A DNA stretch of 64,000 nucleotides from Candidatus Latescibacterota bacterium (GTDB lineage: Bacteria; Krumholzibacteriota; Krumholzibacteriia; WVZY01; JAKEHA01), in NCBI GenBank assembly GCA_963707635.1, contig OY970173.1:2944001-3008000 (forward strand). The letters are read 5' to 3'. The notes beneath the pieces are model-generated. The model had not been told where the DNA came from. It made no database searches and was given only the letters and a program-made list of their open reading frames with translations. Every line of letters begins with the position of its first letter. Position 1 is the first letter of the stretch. Made by a program: the position numbers and the translations under genes. This document shows positions 12,287 to 21,901 of this stretch, one piece after another.

Positions 12287-13501
12287 ATGCACCTCTTTCG
12301 CATGTACTGGCAGCGTTCCCTTCTGCGGCCGGGCGCCATCCTGCTCTGGCTGTCGATTCCGTTCGTGTTCATGACGATCTATACGCTGGTATTCGGGCGC
12401 GACCCCGGGCAGACCCCGCGCACCAACCTCGCCGTGGTCGACCAGGACAGCTCGTTCGTCTCGCGGCTGGTGAAGGGCGCGTTCGCGCAGGGGCCGATCG
12501 GCGAGATGATCGCCGTCGTGGACGCCAAGGACCTCGGCGAGGTGGACGGCCTCTTCGCGGCGGAGGACGCGTCCGCCGCGCTCGTCATCCCGGACGGATT
12601 CGGCGACCGCCTGCTGCGCGGCGAGCCCGATTCGCTGGTGTTGTATCGGAACCCGCGCCACTTCATCGGGCCGGAGATCGCCGAAGGCGTGGTCGGCAGC
12701 ATGGTGGAGCTCGGCAACGGGCTGCTGGGACAATTCGCGTCGCCGATGAAAGAGGTGCGGGGCTCGCTCGACCGAGATGCCGAGCCGTCGCCGGATGAGA
12801 TCGCGAGCATCTCGAAATCGTTCTACACCGCCGGGCGCGACGCCCGCGGGCTCACGGCGATCCGGAACATCGAGGTCACCGTGGTGCAGAAGGAGGAGGA
12901 CGAGCGGGAGAAGGACTTCAACCTGGCCGCCCTCTTCTTTCCCGGGCTGGTGATGTTCGGCCTGATGTCGGTGTCGCTGCACCTCGAGCATCGCTTTCTC
13001 GTCGACCGCAACCACCACGTCACGCGGCGCATCGTGACCGCCCCGATTTCACCGTGGCAGGTCGTCGTCCAGCAGCGGGTCTATGCCGCTTCCTTCGTGT
13101 ACGTCGTCGGCGTACTGGCCGCCGTGGTGGGGGGACTGGCGTGGCGGATACCGCCGCACGGCCTCGCGACCGCCAACCTGATCACGATGGCGCTCGCGCT
13201 GTTCGTGGCCGGGATCAACGGCGTAATTTTTTCGTTGTCGAACTCGGTGCGCGCGGTCGGCGCCATCAGCTCCCTGGCGATGATCTTCCTGAATATTCTG
13301 GGCGGCGGCTTCTTCCCGGCCGAGTTCACGCCGCCGGCGTTTCAGGCCGTCATCAAGTGGATCCCCACCGGTATGGCCAACCTCGGTCTCACGCATTGTC
13401 TGACCGGGCGCGACGCCGGCATCTCCCTGCCCGTGCTGTTCGCTTACTGCGGGGCCTTCTTCGCCGCCGGAATGCTCGCCGGACGAAGGAGGATCGTGTA
13501 G
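12287..13501 (+). CDS. ABC-2 type exporter permease
   Basis: One transmembrane helix, a large extracytoplasmic loop (AVVDQDSS...LVIPDGF) and five further helices; LGGGFFP. Start chosen at the ATG after a GGAG RBS. Confidence 0.85.
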   Translation: MHLFRMYWQRSLLRPGAILLWLSIPFVFMTIYTLVFGRDPGQTPRTNLAVVDQDSSFVSRLVKGAFAQGPIGEMIAVVDAKDLGEVDGLFAAEDASAALVIPDGFGDRLLRGEPDSLVLYRNPRHFIGPEIAEGVVGSMVELGNGLLGQFASPMKEVRGSLDRDAEPSPDEIASISKSFYTAGRDARGLTAIRNIEVTVVQKEEDEREKDFNLAALFFPGLVMFGLMSVSLHLEHRFLVDRNHHVTRRIVTAPISPWQVVVQQRVYAASFVYVVGVLAAVVGGLAWRIPPHGLATANLITMALALFVAGINGVIFSLSNSVRAVGAISSLAMIFLNILGGGFFPAEFTPPAFQAVIKWIPTGMANLGLTHCLTGRDAGISLPVLFAYCGAFFAAGMLAGRRRIV

Positions 13502-14605
13502 GTGCAGTTCACGTGGTGGAAGATCGCCCGGCTCGAACTCACGCTGGCCTTTCGCGACCGCGAATCGCTGATGTGGTCGTTGATCGCACCGATCGCGATG
13601 GCGTGGATCTTCGGGTCGATGTTCGATTCGAAACCGCCCGCGCCAACCCGCGTCGCTGTGGACGGCGGCGCCAACCCCGCGTTCGTGAGCCGGGCGGTCG
13701 CCGACTTCCTGACCGCCGGCGGCATGGTGGTGGACGACGACGGCATCCGCGTCGTCCTGCCGGACAGCCTGCTGGACCGCCTCGCTGACGGCCGCAAGGC
13801 CGACGTGCGCGTGATCCAGGGAGACGCCCCGGACGTGCAGGCCCGCTCGATCAGCGCGCGCATGCGCCAGGCCGTCTATCGGCTTGCGTTTCGCGCGCCG
13901 GCGTTGCAGCGCGCGCCCGCGGACAGCGCCGCGCTGGACATGGGTTCGAGCGGACCGCTGGCCCTCGCGACCTCGACGCTCGGCAGCGCCCCGCGCGTCG
14001 CCAGCGGCAAGGAGCGCCAGCTGCCCGCGATGCTCATCATGTTCATCATGTTCCAGGTGATGACGTTCTTCCTGACGCTGTGGGTTGAAGACTTGCGTAC
14101 AGGCAAAATCAAGCGCATCGTCATGAGTCCGACCCGGCCGCGCGATCTGCTCGCCGGCCAGCTCGTCGCCCGGATGGTGTGGGCGTCGTTGCAGGTCGTC
14201 GTCATCCTCGGGGTCGGCTCGCTGGTGATGGGTGTGCGCCTCAACGTCCCGTGGGTGGGCTTCGGGGCCGTCATCGCCGCGTTCATGCTGACGGCGGCGT
14301 CGATCGGCATGCTGCTCGGGTCGTGCTTCAAGACCAGCGAGAAGGCCAACGCCGTCGGCGTGATCGTGTCGCTGGTGATGGCGGCGCTGGGCGGGTGCTG
14401 GTGGCCGATCGAGATCGTCCCCGGCGCGATGCGGGCGGTGGCCCGCGTGCTGCCGACGGGGCAGGCCATGGAGGCCATCGGGAACCTGATGGCGGTCGGG
14501 CCGGACGCGCCGTTCCCGTTGGTCAACGTCTTGATCCTCGTCGTCATGACGGCCGTCGTCCTGCCGGTCGCGGTCCGTCGGTTGAAGGCGCAGCTCGTCG
14601 GGTAA
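13502..14605 (+). CDS. ABC-2 type exporter permease
   Basis: EDLRTGKIKRIVMSP, ALGGCWWPIE, LPTGQAM; starts immediately after the previous permease. Confidence 0.87.
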   Translation: MQFTWWKIARLELTLAFRDRESLMWSLIAPIAMAWIFGSMFDSKPPAPTRVAVDGGANPAFVSRAVADFLTAGGMVVDDDGIRVVLPDSLLDRLADGRKADVRVIQGDAPDVQARSISARMRQAVYRLAFRAPALQRAPADSAALDMGSSGPLALATSTLGSAPRVASGKERQLPAMLIMFIMFQVMTFFLTLWVEDLRTGKIKRIVMSPTRPRDLLAGQLVARMVWASLQVVVILGVGSLVMGVRLNVPWVGFGAVIAAFMLTAASIGMLLGSCFKTSEKANAVGVIVSLVMAALGGCWWPIEIVPGAMRAVARVLPTGQAMEAIGNLMAVGPDAPFPLVNVLILVVMTAVVLPVAVRRLKAQLVG

Positions 14606-14634
14606 CCGGGCCGCGCAGGAACAAGGAGACGCCA

Positions 14635-16290
14635 ATGCGTGTCATGAGAATCGTCGCGTGCCTCGTGCTCGCGGGCGCGGGCGCCGCCAGCATGCGCGCC
14701 GCCGCGGACGACGAGTTGATCTCGCAGGAACGCATGCGCCATCACATCGAATTTCTCGCGTCGGATGACCTGGCCGGCCGCGCACCGGGCACGCCGGGGG
14801 AGAAGACGGCGGTCGCCTACCTCGCACGCACGCTGAAGGAAATGGGCTGCGAACCGGGCAACCCGAACGGCGCGTTCACGCAGCCGGTCCCGCTCTTCGG
14901 GTTCACCGTCACCAATGCGCCTTCCTTCGACCTCAAGAAGACCGACGGCGCGGCGGTGAGGTCGCTTTCCAGCGGGAGCGAGTTCGTCGGGTGGACGCTC
15001 CACCAGGGCGCCGGCACGAGCGTGAAGGACGCCGAGCTCGTGTTCGTCGGCTACGGCGTGGAAGCGCCCGAATACGCGTGGAACGACTATAAGGACGTGG
15101 ATGTGCGCGGCAAGATCATCGTGATGCTGGTGAACGACCCTCCCCTGGCGGACTCGTTGCTCTTTGGCGGGCGGGCGATGACCTACTACGGGCGCTGGAC
15201 CTACAAGTTCGAGAAGGCGGCCGAGAAGGGCGCGGCAGGCGCCGTGCTGGTGCATACGACCACCGACGCCGGCTATCCGTGGGCGGTGGTGGAGAACAGC
15301 TGGTCGGGCGAGCAGTTCGACGTGGTCCGCGCGGACCTGGGCGCATCGCGCTGCAGCTTCGAATCCTGGGTGACCGAGGACGCCGCCCGGGCGATGTTTG
15401 CGGCTACCGGACGTTCGCTCGATGCGGCGCGGCTCCAGGCGACGTCACCCGACTTTCGCCCGTACTCGATCGGGCTGCTGGGATCGGTCGAGGTGAAACT
15501 GCGTTCCCGCATCATCACGTCGTCCAATGTCGTCGCCCGACTGCCCGGCACGGACAAGAGCCACGCGGACGAGACGATCGTGTACACCGCGCACTGGGAC
15601 CACCTCGGCATCGGCAAGCCGGCCGACGGGGATTCCATCTACAACGGCGCTATCGACAACGCGTCGGGGGTGGCGGGCGTGCTCGAGATCGCGCACGCGC
15701 TCGCGGCCCGGCGCGCCGAGCTGCATCGCTCCGTGCTTTTCCTGTTCACGACCGGAGAAGAAAGTGGCCTGCTCGGCTCGACGCACTACACCAACCAGCC
15801 GCTCTTTCCGCTGGAAAAGACCATCGCGGAGATCAACGTGGACGCGCTCAACGTCTGGGGTCGAACCGAAGAGATGATCGTGGTCGGCTTCGGACAGTCC
15901 GACCTCGATCAGATGCTGGCCGAAGCAAACGCGCCGCTCCAGCGGCGCGTCGAGCCGGACGGCGAACCCGAGAAAGGGTATTACTACCGCTCGGATCACT
16001 TCCCCTTCGCCAGGATGGGGGTGCCCTCGCTCTACTCCGACAGCGGTGTCGAGCACCGGGGCCGGCCCAAGGGCTGGGGTGCGGAGCGGCGCCGGGAATA
16101 CGTGGCGCAACGCTACCACAAGCCCCAGGACGAGTACGACGCGACCTGGGACCTGTCGGGAGCGGCGGAGGACATGGAAGCGCTGTTCCGCGTGGGCTAT
16201 CTGCTGGCGACCACGGATCGCACACCGCAGTGGAGCGACAAGAGTGAATTCAAGCGCGTGCGCGACGAGATGCTCCGCGGTGGAGAGTGA
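14635..16290 (+). CDS. Secreted M28 family metallopeptidase with PA domain
   Basis: Signal peptide; LASDDLAGRAPG, AHWDHLG, GAIDNASG, TGEESGLLGS, RSDH, YH; AAGGAG RBS. Confidence 0.92.
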   Translation: MRVMRIVACLVLAGAGAASMRAAADDELISQERMRHHIEFLASDDLAGRAPGTPGEKTAVAYLARTLKEMGCEPGNPNGAFTQPVPLFGFTVTNAPSFDLKKTDGAAVRSLSSGSEFVGWTLHQGAGTSVKDAELVFVGYGVEAPEYAWNDYKDVDVRGKIIVMLVNDPPLADSLLFGGRAMTYYGRWTYKFEKAAEKGAAGAVLVHTTTDAGYPWAVVENSWSGEQFDVVRADLGASRCSFESWVTEDAARAMFAATGRSLDAARLQATSPDFRPYSIGLLGSVEVKLRSRIITSSNVVARLPGTDKSHADETIVYTAHWDHLGIGKPADGDSIYNGAIDNASGVAGVLEIAHALAARRAELHRSVLFLFTTGEESGLLGSTHYTNQPLFPLEKTIAEINVDALNVWGRTEEMIVVGFGQSDLDQMLAEANAPLQRRVEPDGEPEKGYYYRSDHFPFARMGVPSLYSDSGVEHRGRPKGWGAERRREYVAQRYHKPQDEYDATWDLSGAAEDMEALFRVGYLLATTDRTPQWSDKSEFKRVRDEMLRGGE

Positions 16291-16318
16291 GCTGACCGTA
16301 CCGCGAATCCAGGCTCGA

Positions 16319-16376
16319 GCGGGTGGCGCCGACGGGCTGTCGGCGACAGGACCCGCGGAGCCGACAGGACCCGCGG
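16319..16376 (+). repeat. Short copy (A) of a dispersed palindromic element, followed by a duplication of its right arm
   Basis: GCGGGTGGCGCCGA-CGGGCTG-TCGGCGACAGGACCCGC; both arms are identical to the copy at 51591-51657. CGACAGGACCCGCGG occurs at 16344 and again at 16362. Confidence 0.8.
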
Positions 16377-16380
16377 GGGT

Positions 16381-17232
16381 CTACTGACTCATCGCCAGAA
16401 CGCGCGCGTTTTCTTCCAGCTTGATCTCCGCCATCGCGAAGCCCGCGTTCACCGCGGCGTCTAGCTTCGAATAGTCTTCGATCTTGAGGTCCGGTGAAAG
16501 TGACGGGCGAATCAGCACCTCGGGCGGGTTGAGCGACAGCCGAATCGAATTGAGAGGCGCCTGCGGGATGTCGATCGCCTTCATCATCATTTCGAACAGG
16601 AGCGGTCGCTTGCCCTCCAGCAGCGGCTTGCGCAACTTCTCCCACAACGAGCGCTCGTCGGTAAACACCAGCTCACGGTCCGCCGGCGCGCTGGTGTCGA
16701 CCGCCACCACCGGGGCCGTCGTCAGGGTTCGAATCACGTCGACCGGGAGATTGTTGAGGAGCGCTCCATCGACCAGCACCCTTCCGCGGTGACGCACGGC
16801 CGCAAACAGTCCGGGCAACGCGCTGGTCGCGCGCAACGCGGGCAACAGTTCGCCCTCGTTCAAGACCACCAGCTTGCCGCGCTGCACGTCGACCGAGGTC
16901 ACGCTCAGCGGGAGGGCGAGCTCTTCGAACGTGCCCGGGAGGTACTTCTCCAGGTGGCGCGTGATTCCCCGCCCGCCGATCAGTCCACCCATGCGGCCCG
17001 GGTCGAGGAGGCGTATCACGTCGAAGCCGCGGAAGATCTCGTGAATGCGCTCGGATCCGTAGCCGGCGGCGTGCAGCGCGCCGATGATCCCGCCCATCGA
17101 ACACCCCGCGACGGCCGTGACCTCGAAGCCGCGCCCCTCCAGCGAGCGCAGCACGCCGATGTGGGCAAACCCGCGCGCGCCGCCGCCGCCGAGCACGAGT
17201 CCTATTTTCAGCTTCGCGGTTTCGGAACCCAT
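16381..17232 (-). CDS. Patatin-like phospholipase (RssA/NTE family)
   Basis: GGGGARG, GCSMG nucleophile elbow, DGALLNNLP. Confidence 0.92.
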   Translation of the reverse strand: MGSETAKLKIGLVLGGGGARGFAHIGVLRSLEGRGFEVTAVAGCSMGGIIGALHAAGYGSERIHEIFRGFDVIRLLDPGRMGGLIGGRGITRHLEKYLPGTFEELALPLSVTSVDVQRGKLVVLNEGELLPALRATSALPGLFAAVRHRGRVLVDGALLNNLPVDVIRTLTTAPVVAVDTSAPADRELVFTDERSLWEKLRKPLLEGKRPLLFEMMMKAIDIPQAPLNSIRLSLNPPEVLIRPSLSPDLKIEDYSKLDAAVNAGFAMAEIKLEENARVLAMSQ

Positions 17233-17370
17233 GGAGTCCCGATAGTGTGGCGACGAAACGCGGCGCTGTCAAACTCCCCTCGCGGGTGCGGCTCTGTTTT
17301 CCCTTGCGCGGCCTTCCCGCGCTTTGCTACTGTCGGTCTCCCGGGCCGGGGACCGCAGTTCCCCCTTTCG

Positions 17371-17916
17371 ATGCAAGCAAGTCTCCTGTTGGGATTGGGC
17401 CTCGCTGCCCTTGCGGCGTGTTCGTCGGTCGAGGTGCACAACGACTTCGACGTCGAAGCGAACTTCGCCGCCTACCATACCTATGCGTGGATTCCTCAGC
17501 CGGTGAACGCCACCGGGAGCGTGAAGTCCGCACAGGAGCGCAATACGCTGCTGGACAAGCGCATCCGCAGCGCGGTCGATGCGCAGATGGCCGCCAGGGG
17601 GTTTCGCGTCGACGCATCGGCCCCCGACCTGCTCGTGGTCTATCACACGGGCCTCGCCGACAAGGTATCCGTGACCGACTGGGGTTACACCTACGCGGGC
17701 AACTACTGGGGATGGGCCGGACGCGACATCGACGTGTCCACGTACACGGAAGGGACGCTCATCGTCGACCTGGTCGAGGTGGCCAGCAAGGAACTGGTGT
17801 GGCGGGGTTCCGCGACCGGCACGGTGGATCCGTCCGCTTCTCCGGAGAAACGCGAACAGCGCCTGAACGACGCGGTCGCACGCATGTTCGAGAAGTATCC
17901 ACCGCATCAAGACTAG
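17371..17916 (+). CDS. DUF4136-like lipoprotein
   Basis: Lipobox LAAC; DFDVEANFAAYHTYAW, YTEGTLIVDLV...LVWRG, MFEKYPP. Confidence 0.8.
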   Translation: MQASLLLGLGLAALAACSSVEVHNDFDVEANFAAYHTYAWIPQPVNATGSVKSAQERNTLLDKRIRSAVDAQMAARGFRVDASAPDLLVVYHTGLADKVSVTDWGYTYAGNYWGWAGRDIDVSTYTEGTLIVDLVEVASKELVWRGSATGTVDPSASPEKREQRLNDAVARMFEKYPPHQD

Positions 17917-17956
17917 CGGCGAATCGACAGCCAACCACCCGCAGACGAGGTTCCGA

Positions 17957-18598
17957 ATGATTCGCAGACTGGCAGCATGGGTCGTCGTCGTCCTGGCCGT
18001 ATCCGCCACCGGCGCCGCCGCGCAGCAGATGAAGGTGTACCGCTACAACGACCGCGCCGCCAGCCGTTTCGAAGTCGTCCCCTTCGGCGGATACGTCTGG
18101 TCGTTCGGGAAGGATTTCTATTACTCCGCTGCGGGGCAACTCGACTTCAAGGACACGGGCTACTTCGGCGTGAGCCTCGACGTCGGCGTCCACCCGGGCA
18201 CCCAGCTCCGGCTGCTGTACCGGCGGCAGGATACCGAGCTCGAATTCCGCACCGTCTTGAATCTACAGACGGTCACCGGCGCGATCGAGTACTGGCACAT
18301 CGGCGGCCTCACCGGCGTACAACGCGGCAACGTGCTACCCTACGGAATGCTCACCCTCGGTGGCACCCGCTACCTCGCGCAGGACGACGACGTGTGGAAG
18401 TTTTCCATGATCTTCGGCCTCGGGGCCAAGATCTACGCCAGCGGCAAGTTCGGCCTCCAGATTCAGGGCAGCCTCCCGTTCACCTTTGTCGACGGCGGCG
18501 GCTCGATCAGTTGCGGCGGGGGAGGTTGCTTCAGCTCGGTGGGGGGAACCGGCCTCGGCCAGATCGACGTCAGTGGTGGTCTCATTATCGGTCTCTAA
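17957..18598 (+). CDS. Putative outer-membrane beta-barrel protein
   Basis: Signal peptide; alternating amphipathic strands (FEVVPFGGY, FGLGAKIY, SGGLIIGL). Confidence 0.65.
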   Translation: MIRRLAAWVVVVLAVSATGAAAQQMKVYRYNDRAASRFEVVPFGGYVWSFGKDFYYSAAGQLDFKDTGYFGVSLDVGVHPGTQLRLLYRRQDTELEFRTVLNLQTVTGAIEYWHIGGLTGVQRGNVLPYGMLTLGGTRYLAQDDDVWKFSMIFGLGAKIYASGKFGLQIQGSLPFTFVDGGGSISCGGGGCFSSVGGTGLGQIDVSGGLIIGL

Positions 18599-18620
18599 AC
18601 CTCGAAAAGGAGTCAAACGC

Positions 18621-19085
18621 ATGTTGAAGAGAATCGTTCTATTGCTGTCTTTCCTGTCCGTCGTGGGTGCGACCGCGCCGAGCTTCGCGCAGGCGGACCT
18701 GGTCGAGCTGATGCGTTCGGACCTGCGCACGCAGAAGAAAGCCATCCTCACCCAGGCCATGCAGTTGACCGAGGCGCAGTCCGAGGCGTTCTGGCCGGTC
18801 TACAACGAATACGAAGGGGAGCTCATGAAGCTCAACGATGCCCGCCTGGCGCTCATCAAGGACTACGCGTCCAACTACAGCACGATGACCGACGCGGTCG
18901 CGAAGGACCTGGTCAAGCGTTCGTTCAAGTGGCAGGAGGGAAACACCAAGCTGCTGAAGAAGTACTATGGGAAAATGGAGAAGGCGTTGTCGCCGATCGT
19001 CGCGGCGCGCTGGGTCCAGGCCGAGCACGCCATCGACGCCATGATCGACGTCCAGGTCGCGTCGGAAATTCCGCTGATGCCGTAG
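18621..19085 (+). CDS. Exported helical protein (Spy/CpxP-like LTxxQ...FWPVY pattern)
   Basis: AAGGAG RBS, signal peptide ending SFA-Q, MQLTEAQSEAFWPVYNEY. Confidence 0.7.
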   Translation: MLKRIVLLLSFLSVVGATAPSFAQADLVELMRSDLRTQKKAILTQAMQLTEAQSEAFWPVYNEYEGELMKLNDARLALIKDYASNYSTMTDAVAKDLVKRSFKWQEGNTKLLKKYYGKMEKALSPIVAARWVQAEHAIDAMIDVQVASEIPLMP

Positions 19086-19110
19086 TCGTTCCAGTGAACC
19101 AGGAGTGGGC

Positions 19111-19764
19111 ATGAACGGCCTCGCACGGACACTCGCCCGCGTCGCGGCGTGCGCGGCGGCAGCCGGGTTCGCCGTCCTGATGGCGTCCTGCACGCCGGGG
19201 TCCGAGATCACCGCGGCCGAGTCGGACCTCGTGGCGACTCGGTACGAAGGGGCGTTCGACTTCGGAGCGGTCCAGAGCTATGCGCTTCCGGATTCCATCG
19301 TACACATCACGGGGGATACCACCGACGCCGACTCGCGGCTCCTCTCCCGCGACTACGACGATGAAATCATCGCGCAAGTTGCCGGCGAGCTGGACGCTCT
19401 GGGGTGGACGCGGGTCACGGACCCGGGCACGGCGGATATGGTCGTACTCGTGGGAGCCACCGCGCGGGTCGATCTCGCGTCCTATTCTCCCTGGTACGGG
19501 TACTGGGGCTGGTATTACCCGTACCCGGGCGGGTGGGGCTGGTATTACCCGTATCCGGTGGTGTCGTACAACTACACGATCGGCACGCTCGTGATTCTCA
19601 TGAGCGATCCGGATTCGGCCGACCCGAATACCGAGACCTACGAGGTACCATGGGTGGCCGCGATCAACGGCGTTTTGGACGACGCCACCGCCGACAAGCA
19701 GGCTCGGATTTCACACGGCATTGCACAGGCCTTCGATCAGTCGCCCTACTTGTCGGGCGACTAG
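19111..19764 (+). CDS. DUF4136-like lipoprotein (second paralogue)
   Basis: Lipobox MASC; DFGAVQSYALPD, W/Y/P-rich loop, YTIGTLVILM, QAFDQSPYL. Confidence 0.72.
   Translation: MNGLARTLARVAACAAAAGFAVLMASCTPGSEITAAESDLVATRYEGAFDFGAVQSYALPDSIVHITGDTTDADSRLLSRDYDDEIIAQVAGELDALGWTRVTDPGTADMVVLVGATARVDLASYSPWYGYWGWYYPYPGGWGWYYPYPVVSYNYTIGTLVILMSDPDSADPNTETYEVPWVAAINGVLDDATADKQARISHGIAQAFDQSPYLSGD
19504..19553 (+). repeat. Intragenic 20-bp direct repeat with 30-bp period (WGWYYPYP twice)
   Basis: TGGGGCTGGTATTACCCGTA at 19504 and 19534. Confidence 0.85.
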
Positions 19765-19780
19765 CCGGACGGAGACCCCG

Positions 19781-20395
19781 ATGGGAAGACCGGTGCTTGC
19801 CTTCGTTCTGCTGGGTGTGTGCCTGCCCGCCGCCGCGTTCGCGCAGGAGAAGATGGCGGGAGTGACCTATACCATGTCGCTGCCCGGGTCCAACATGGAA
19901 GTGTACATCGACGAGACCAGCTTCCGGGGGGTTCAGGTCTTCGTCCGCGGGACCGCGTGGCGCGGCCGGCCCATCATGGTAGGCGCGACCATGGGCTGGG
20001 AGGTATTCAGCTTCGAGACCAGCGAGCCGATCCAGCTCGACAGCGGGACCATCTCCGGCCAGCAGCGCCGGTACCTCAACGCGGTGCCACTCCTGGCCAC
20101 GCTCCACTACTACCTGGGAAACCAGGACTCGTGGCGGGTGCTCGTCGGCCTCGGCGTGGGTACCATCTACATGCTTCAGACCTTCGAACTCGGCGTCTAC
20201 TCGTTCGACAATGGGACCTGGCAATTCGGGTTGGTACCCGAGGTGGGCGTGCAGATTCCGGTGAGTTCCACGACCGACCTCTATCTGGCCGGCCACTACG
20301 ATTACGCGTTCGAAGCCGGCGAGTCGCTCAACGGAGAAGGAGTGGCGTGGAACTACTGGAGCCTCGACGTCGGGTTCGCCTGGACGGGATGGTAA
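19781..20395 (+). CDS. Putative outer-membrane beta-barrel protein (OmpW/OmpA-like)
   Basis: Signal peptide ending AFA-Q; strands VPLLATLHYY, FGLVPEVGVQIP, WSLDVGFAW. Confidence 0.68.
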   Translation: MGRPVLAFVLLGVCLPAAAFAQEKMAGVTYTMSLPGSNMEVYIDETSFRGVQVFVRGTAWRGRPIMVGATMGWEVFSFETSEPIQLDSGTISGQQRRYLNAVPLLATLHYYLGNQDSWRVLVGLGVGTIYMLQTFELGVYSFDNGTWQFGLVPEVGVQIPVSSTTDLYLAGHYDYAFEAGESLNGEGVAWNYWSLDVGFAWTGW

Positions 20396-20410
20396 CGCGG
20401 CGCCTCGCGG

Positions 20411-21886
20411 TCACAGGCCGAACACCCAGCGTCCCCACGTATAGACCAGCACCGTCACGACGACGATGCCGATCCAGTCGAGCACGAACCCGGCGCGCAC
20501 CATGTCCGCGGTGCGCACGCGCCGGGTGCCGAACACGATCGCGTTGGGCGGCGTGGCCACCGGCAGCATGAAGCCGCACGACGCCGCCAGTGTCGCCGGC
20601 ACCATGAGAAACAGCGGGTGGATCCCGGTCGCGCCGGCCATCGACGCCAGCACCGGCAGCATCACCTGCGCGAGCGCCGTGTTGGACGCGAGCTCGCTCA
20701 AGAAACACACGGCCGCGGTCACCACCGCCAGCACCACGATCGGCGGCGCACCCGCGACACCACCGAGCTGCTTCCCCAGGTATTCCGATAGCCCCGACAC
20801 CTGAAACGCCTCTGCCAGCGCGAAGCCGCCCCCGAAGAGGATGACAATCTCCCAGGGCAGCTTCTGAAGGGCGGCGCCGTCCAGCACGAAGCCGGGCTGC
20901 GACCGCGATGGCGTCAGGAACAGCACCAACGACATCCCGATCGCCACCACCCCGTCCGACATCCGCTCCCCGAGTCCCAGCCGCGTCGCCCAGCCGCGCA
21001 CGGTCGTCTCGCCGAACACCGCGTCGGCGCGGGTGACAATCAAGGCCACGAAGAGGACGAAGACCGACAGCACGACGCGCTGCTCGAAGGTGATGGGGCC
21101 CAGCGCGCGATGCTCGTCCCGGATCAGTCCACGGTCGATCGGGACGTTGCAACGTCGCAGCACGGTGACGCGAAAATAGGCGTACAACAGGAGCAGCATC
21201 GTGGTCGAAACCGGGACGGCAGCCGCCATCCAGGCGAGAAACGTCACCGGCGGGGCGTCGGGAAACGCCCCCGAGTAGACGCGCAGAAACACGAGATTGG
21301 GCGCAGTGCCGATCAGCGTCGCCATTCCGCCGATCGACGCCGCGTAGGCCACCCCGAGCAGCATTGCGGTGGTAAGCCGCGCCGCGTCCACGCCGCCGCG
21401 TTCTTCCAGTTTCACCATCAACGACATGACGATGGGCAGCATCATCAGCGTCGTCGCGGTATTGTTGACCCACCACGAAATGAACCAGGTCGCGGCCATG
21501 ACACCGAGGAGCAGCGTGGCCGCGTTCCGCCCGATCCACAGCAGGATGCGAAGCGCGATGCGGCGGTGGAGACCCCACTCCTGCATCGCGATGGCCAGGA
21601 GGAAGCCTCCGATGAACATGAACATCAGGTCGTTCATGTACTCGGAGGCGGTGGCGGAAGGGCTCATGACGCCGAGCAAGGGCAGGAGCACCACCGGGAG
21701 CAACGCGGTCACTCCCATCGGGAGCGCTTCCGTGAGCCAGTAGCACGCCATGAGCACCGCTACCGCGAGCGTCCTTCCCACCGCCGGTTTCTCCGGCACC
21801 GGGTCCGCGCCGAACAGGACGGCGAAGAACAACAACGCCCCCGCGGCGAGGGCGATTCGCGCGCGAACCTCGCGGCGCACCGTCAT
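20411..21886 (-). CDS. SLC13/DASS family anion:sodium symporter
   Basis: WLTEALP, NNTATTLMMLP, IGGMATLIGTAPN, SNTA, FMLPVATPPNAI. Confidence 0.93.
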   Translation of the reverse strand: MTVRREVRARIALAAGALLFFAVLFGADPVPEKPAVGRTLAVAVLMACYWLTEALPMGVTALLPVVLLPLLGVMSPSATASEYMNDLMFMFIGGFLLAIAMQEWGLHRRIALRILLWIGRNAATLLLGVMAATWFISWWVNNTATTLMMLPIVMSLMVKLEERGGVDAARLTTAMLLGVAYAASIGGMATLIGTAPNLVFLRVYSGAFPDAPPVTFLAWMAAAVPVSTTMLLLLYAYFRVTVLRRCNVPIDRGLIRDEHRALGPITFEQRVVLSVFVLFVALIVTRADAVFGETTVRGWATRLGLGERMSDGVVAIGMSLVLFLTPSRSQPGFVLDGAALQKLPWEIVILFGGGFALAEAFQVSGLSEYLGKQLGGVAGAPPIVVLAVVTAAVCFLSELASNTALAQVMLPVLASMAGATGIHPLFLMVPATLAASCGFMLPVATPPNAIVFGTRRVRTADMVRAGFVLDWIGIVVVTVLVYTWGRWVFGL

Positions 21887-21901
21887 GCGGCACGGCCGCG
21901 G

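Noticed and set aside
16344..16376. Tandem CGACAGGACCCGCGG as a possible mini-CRISPR
   Set aside because: Only two 15-bp units 3 nt apart, with no spacers or cas genes. It is a duplicated arm of the dispersed element.
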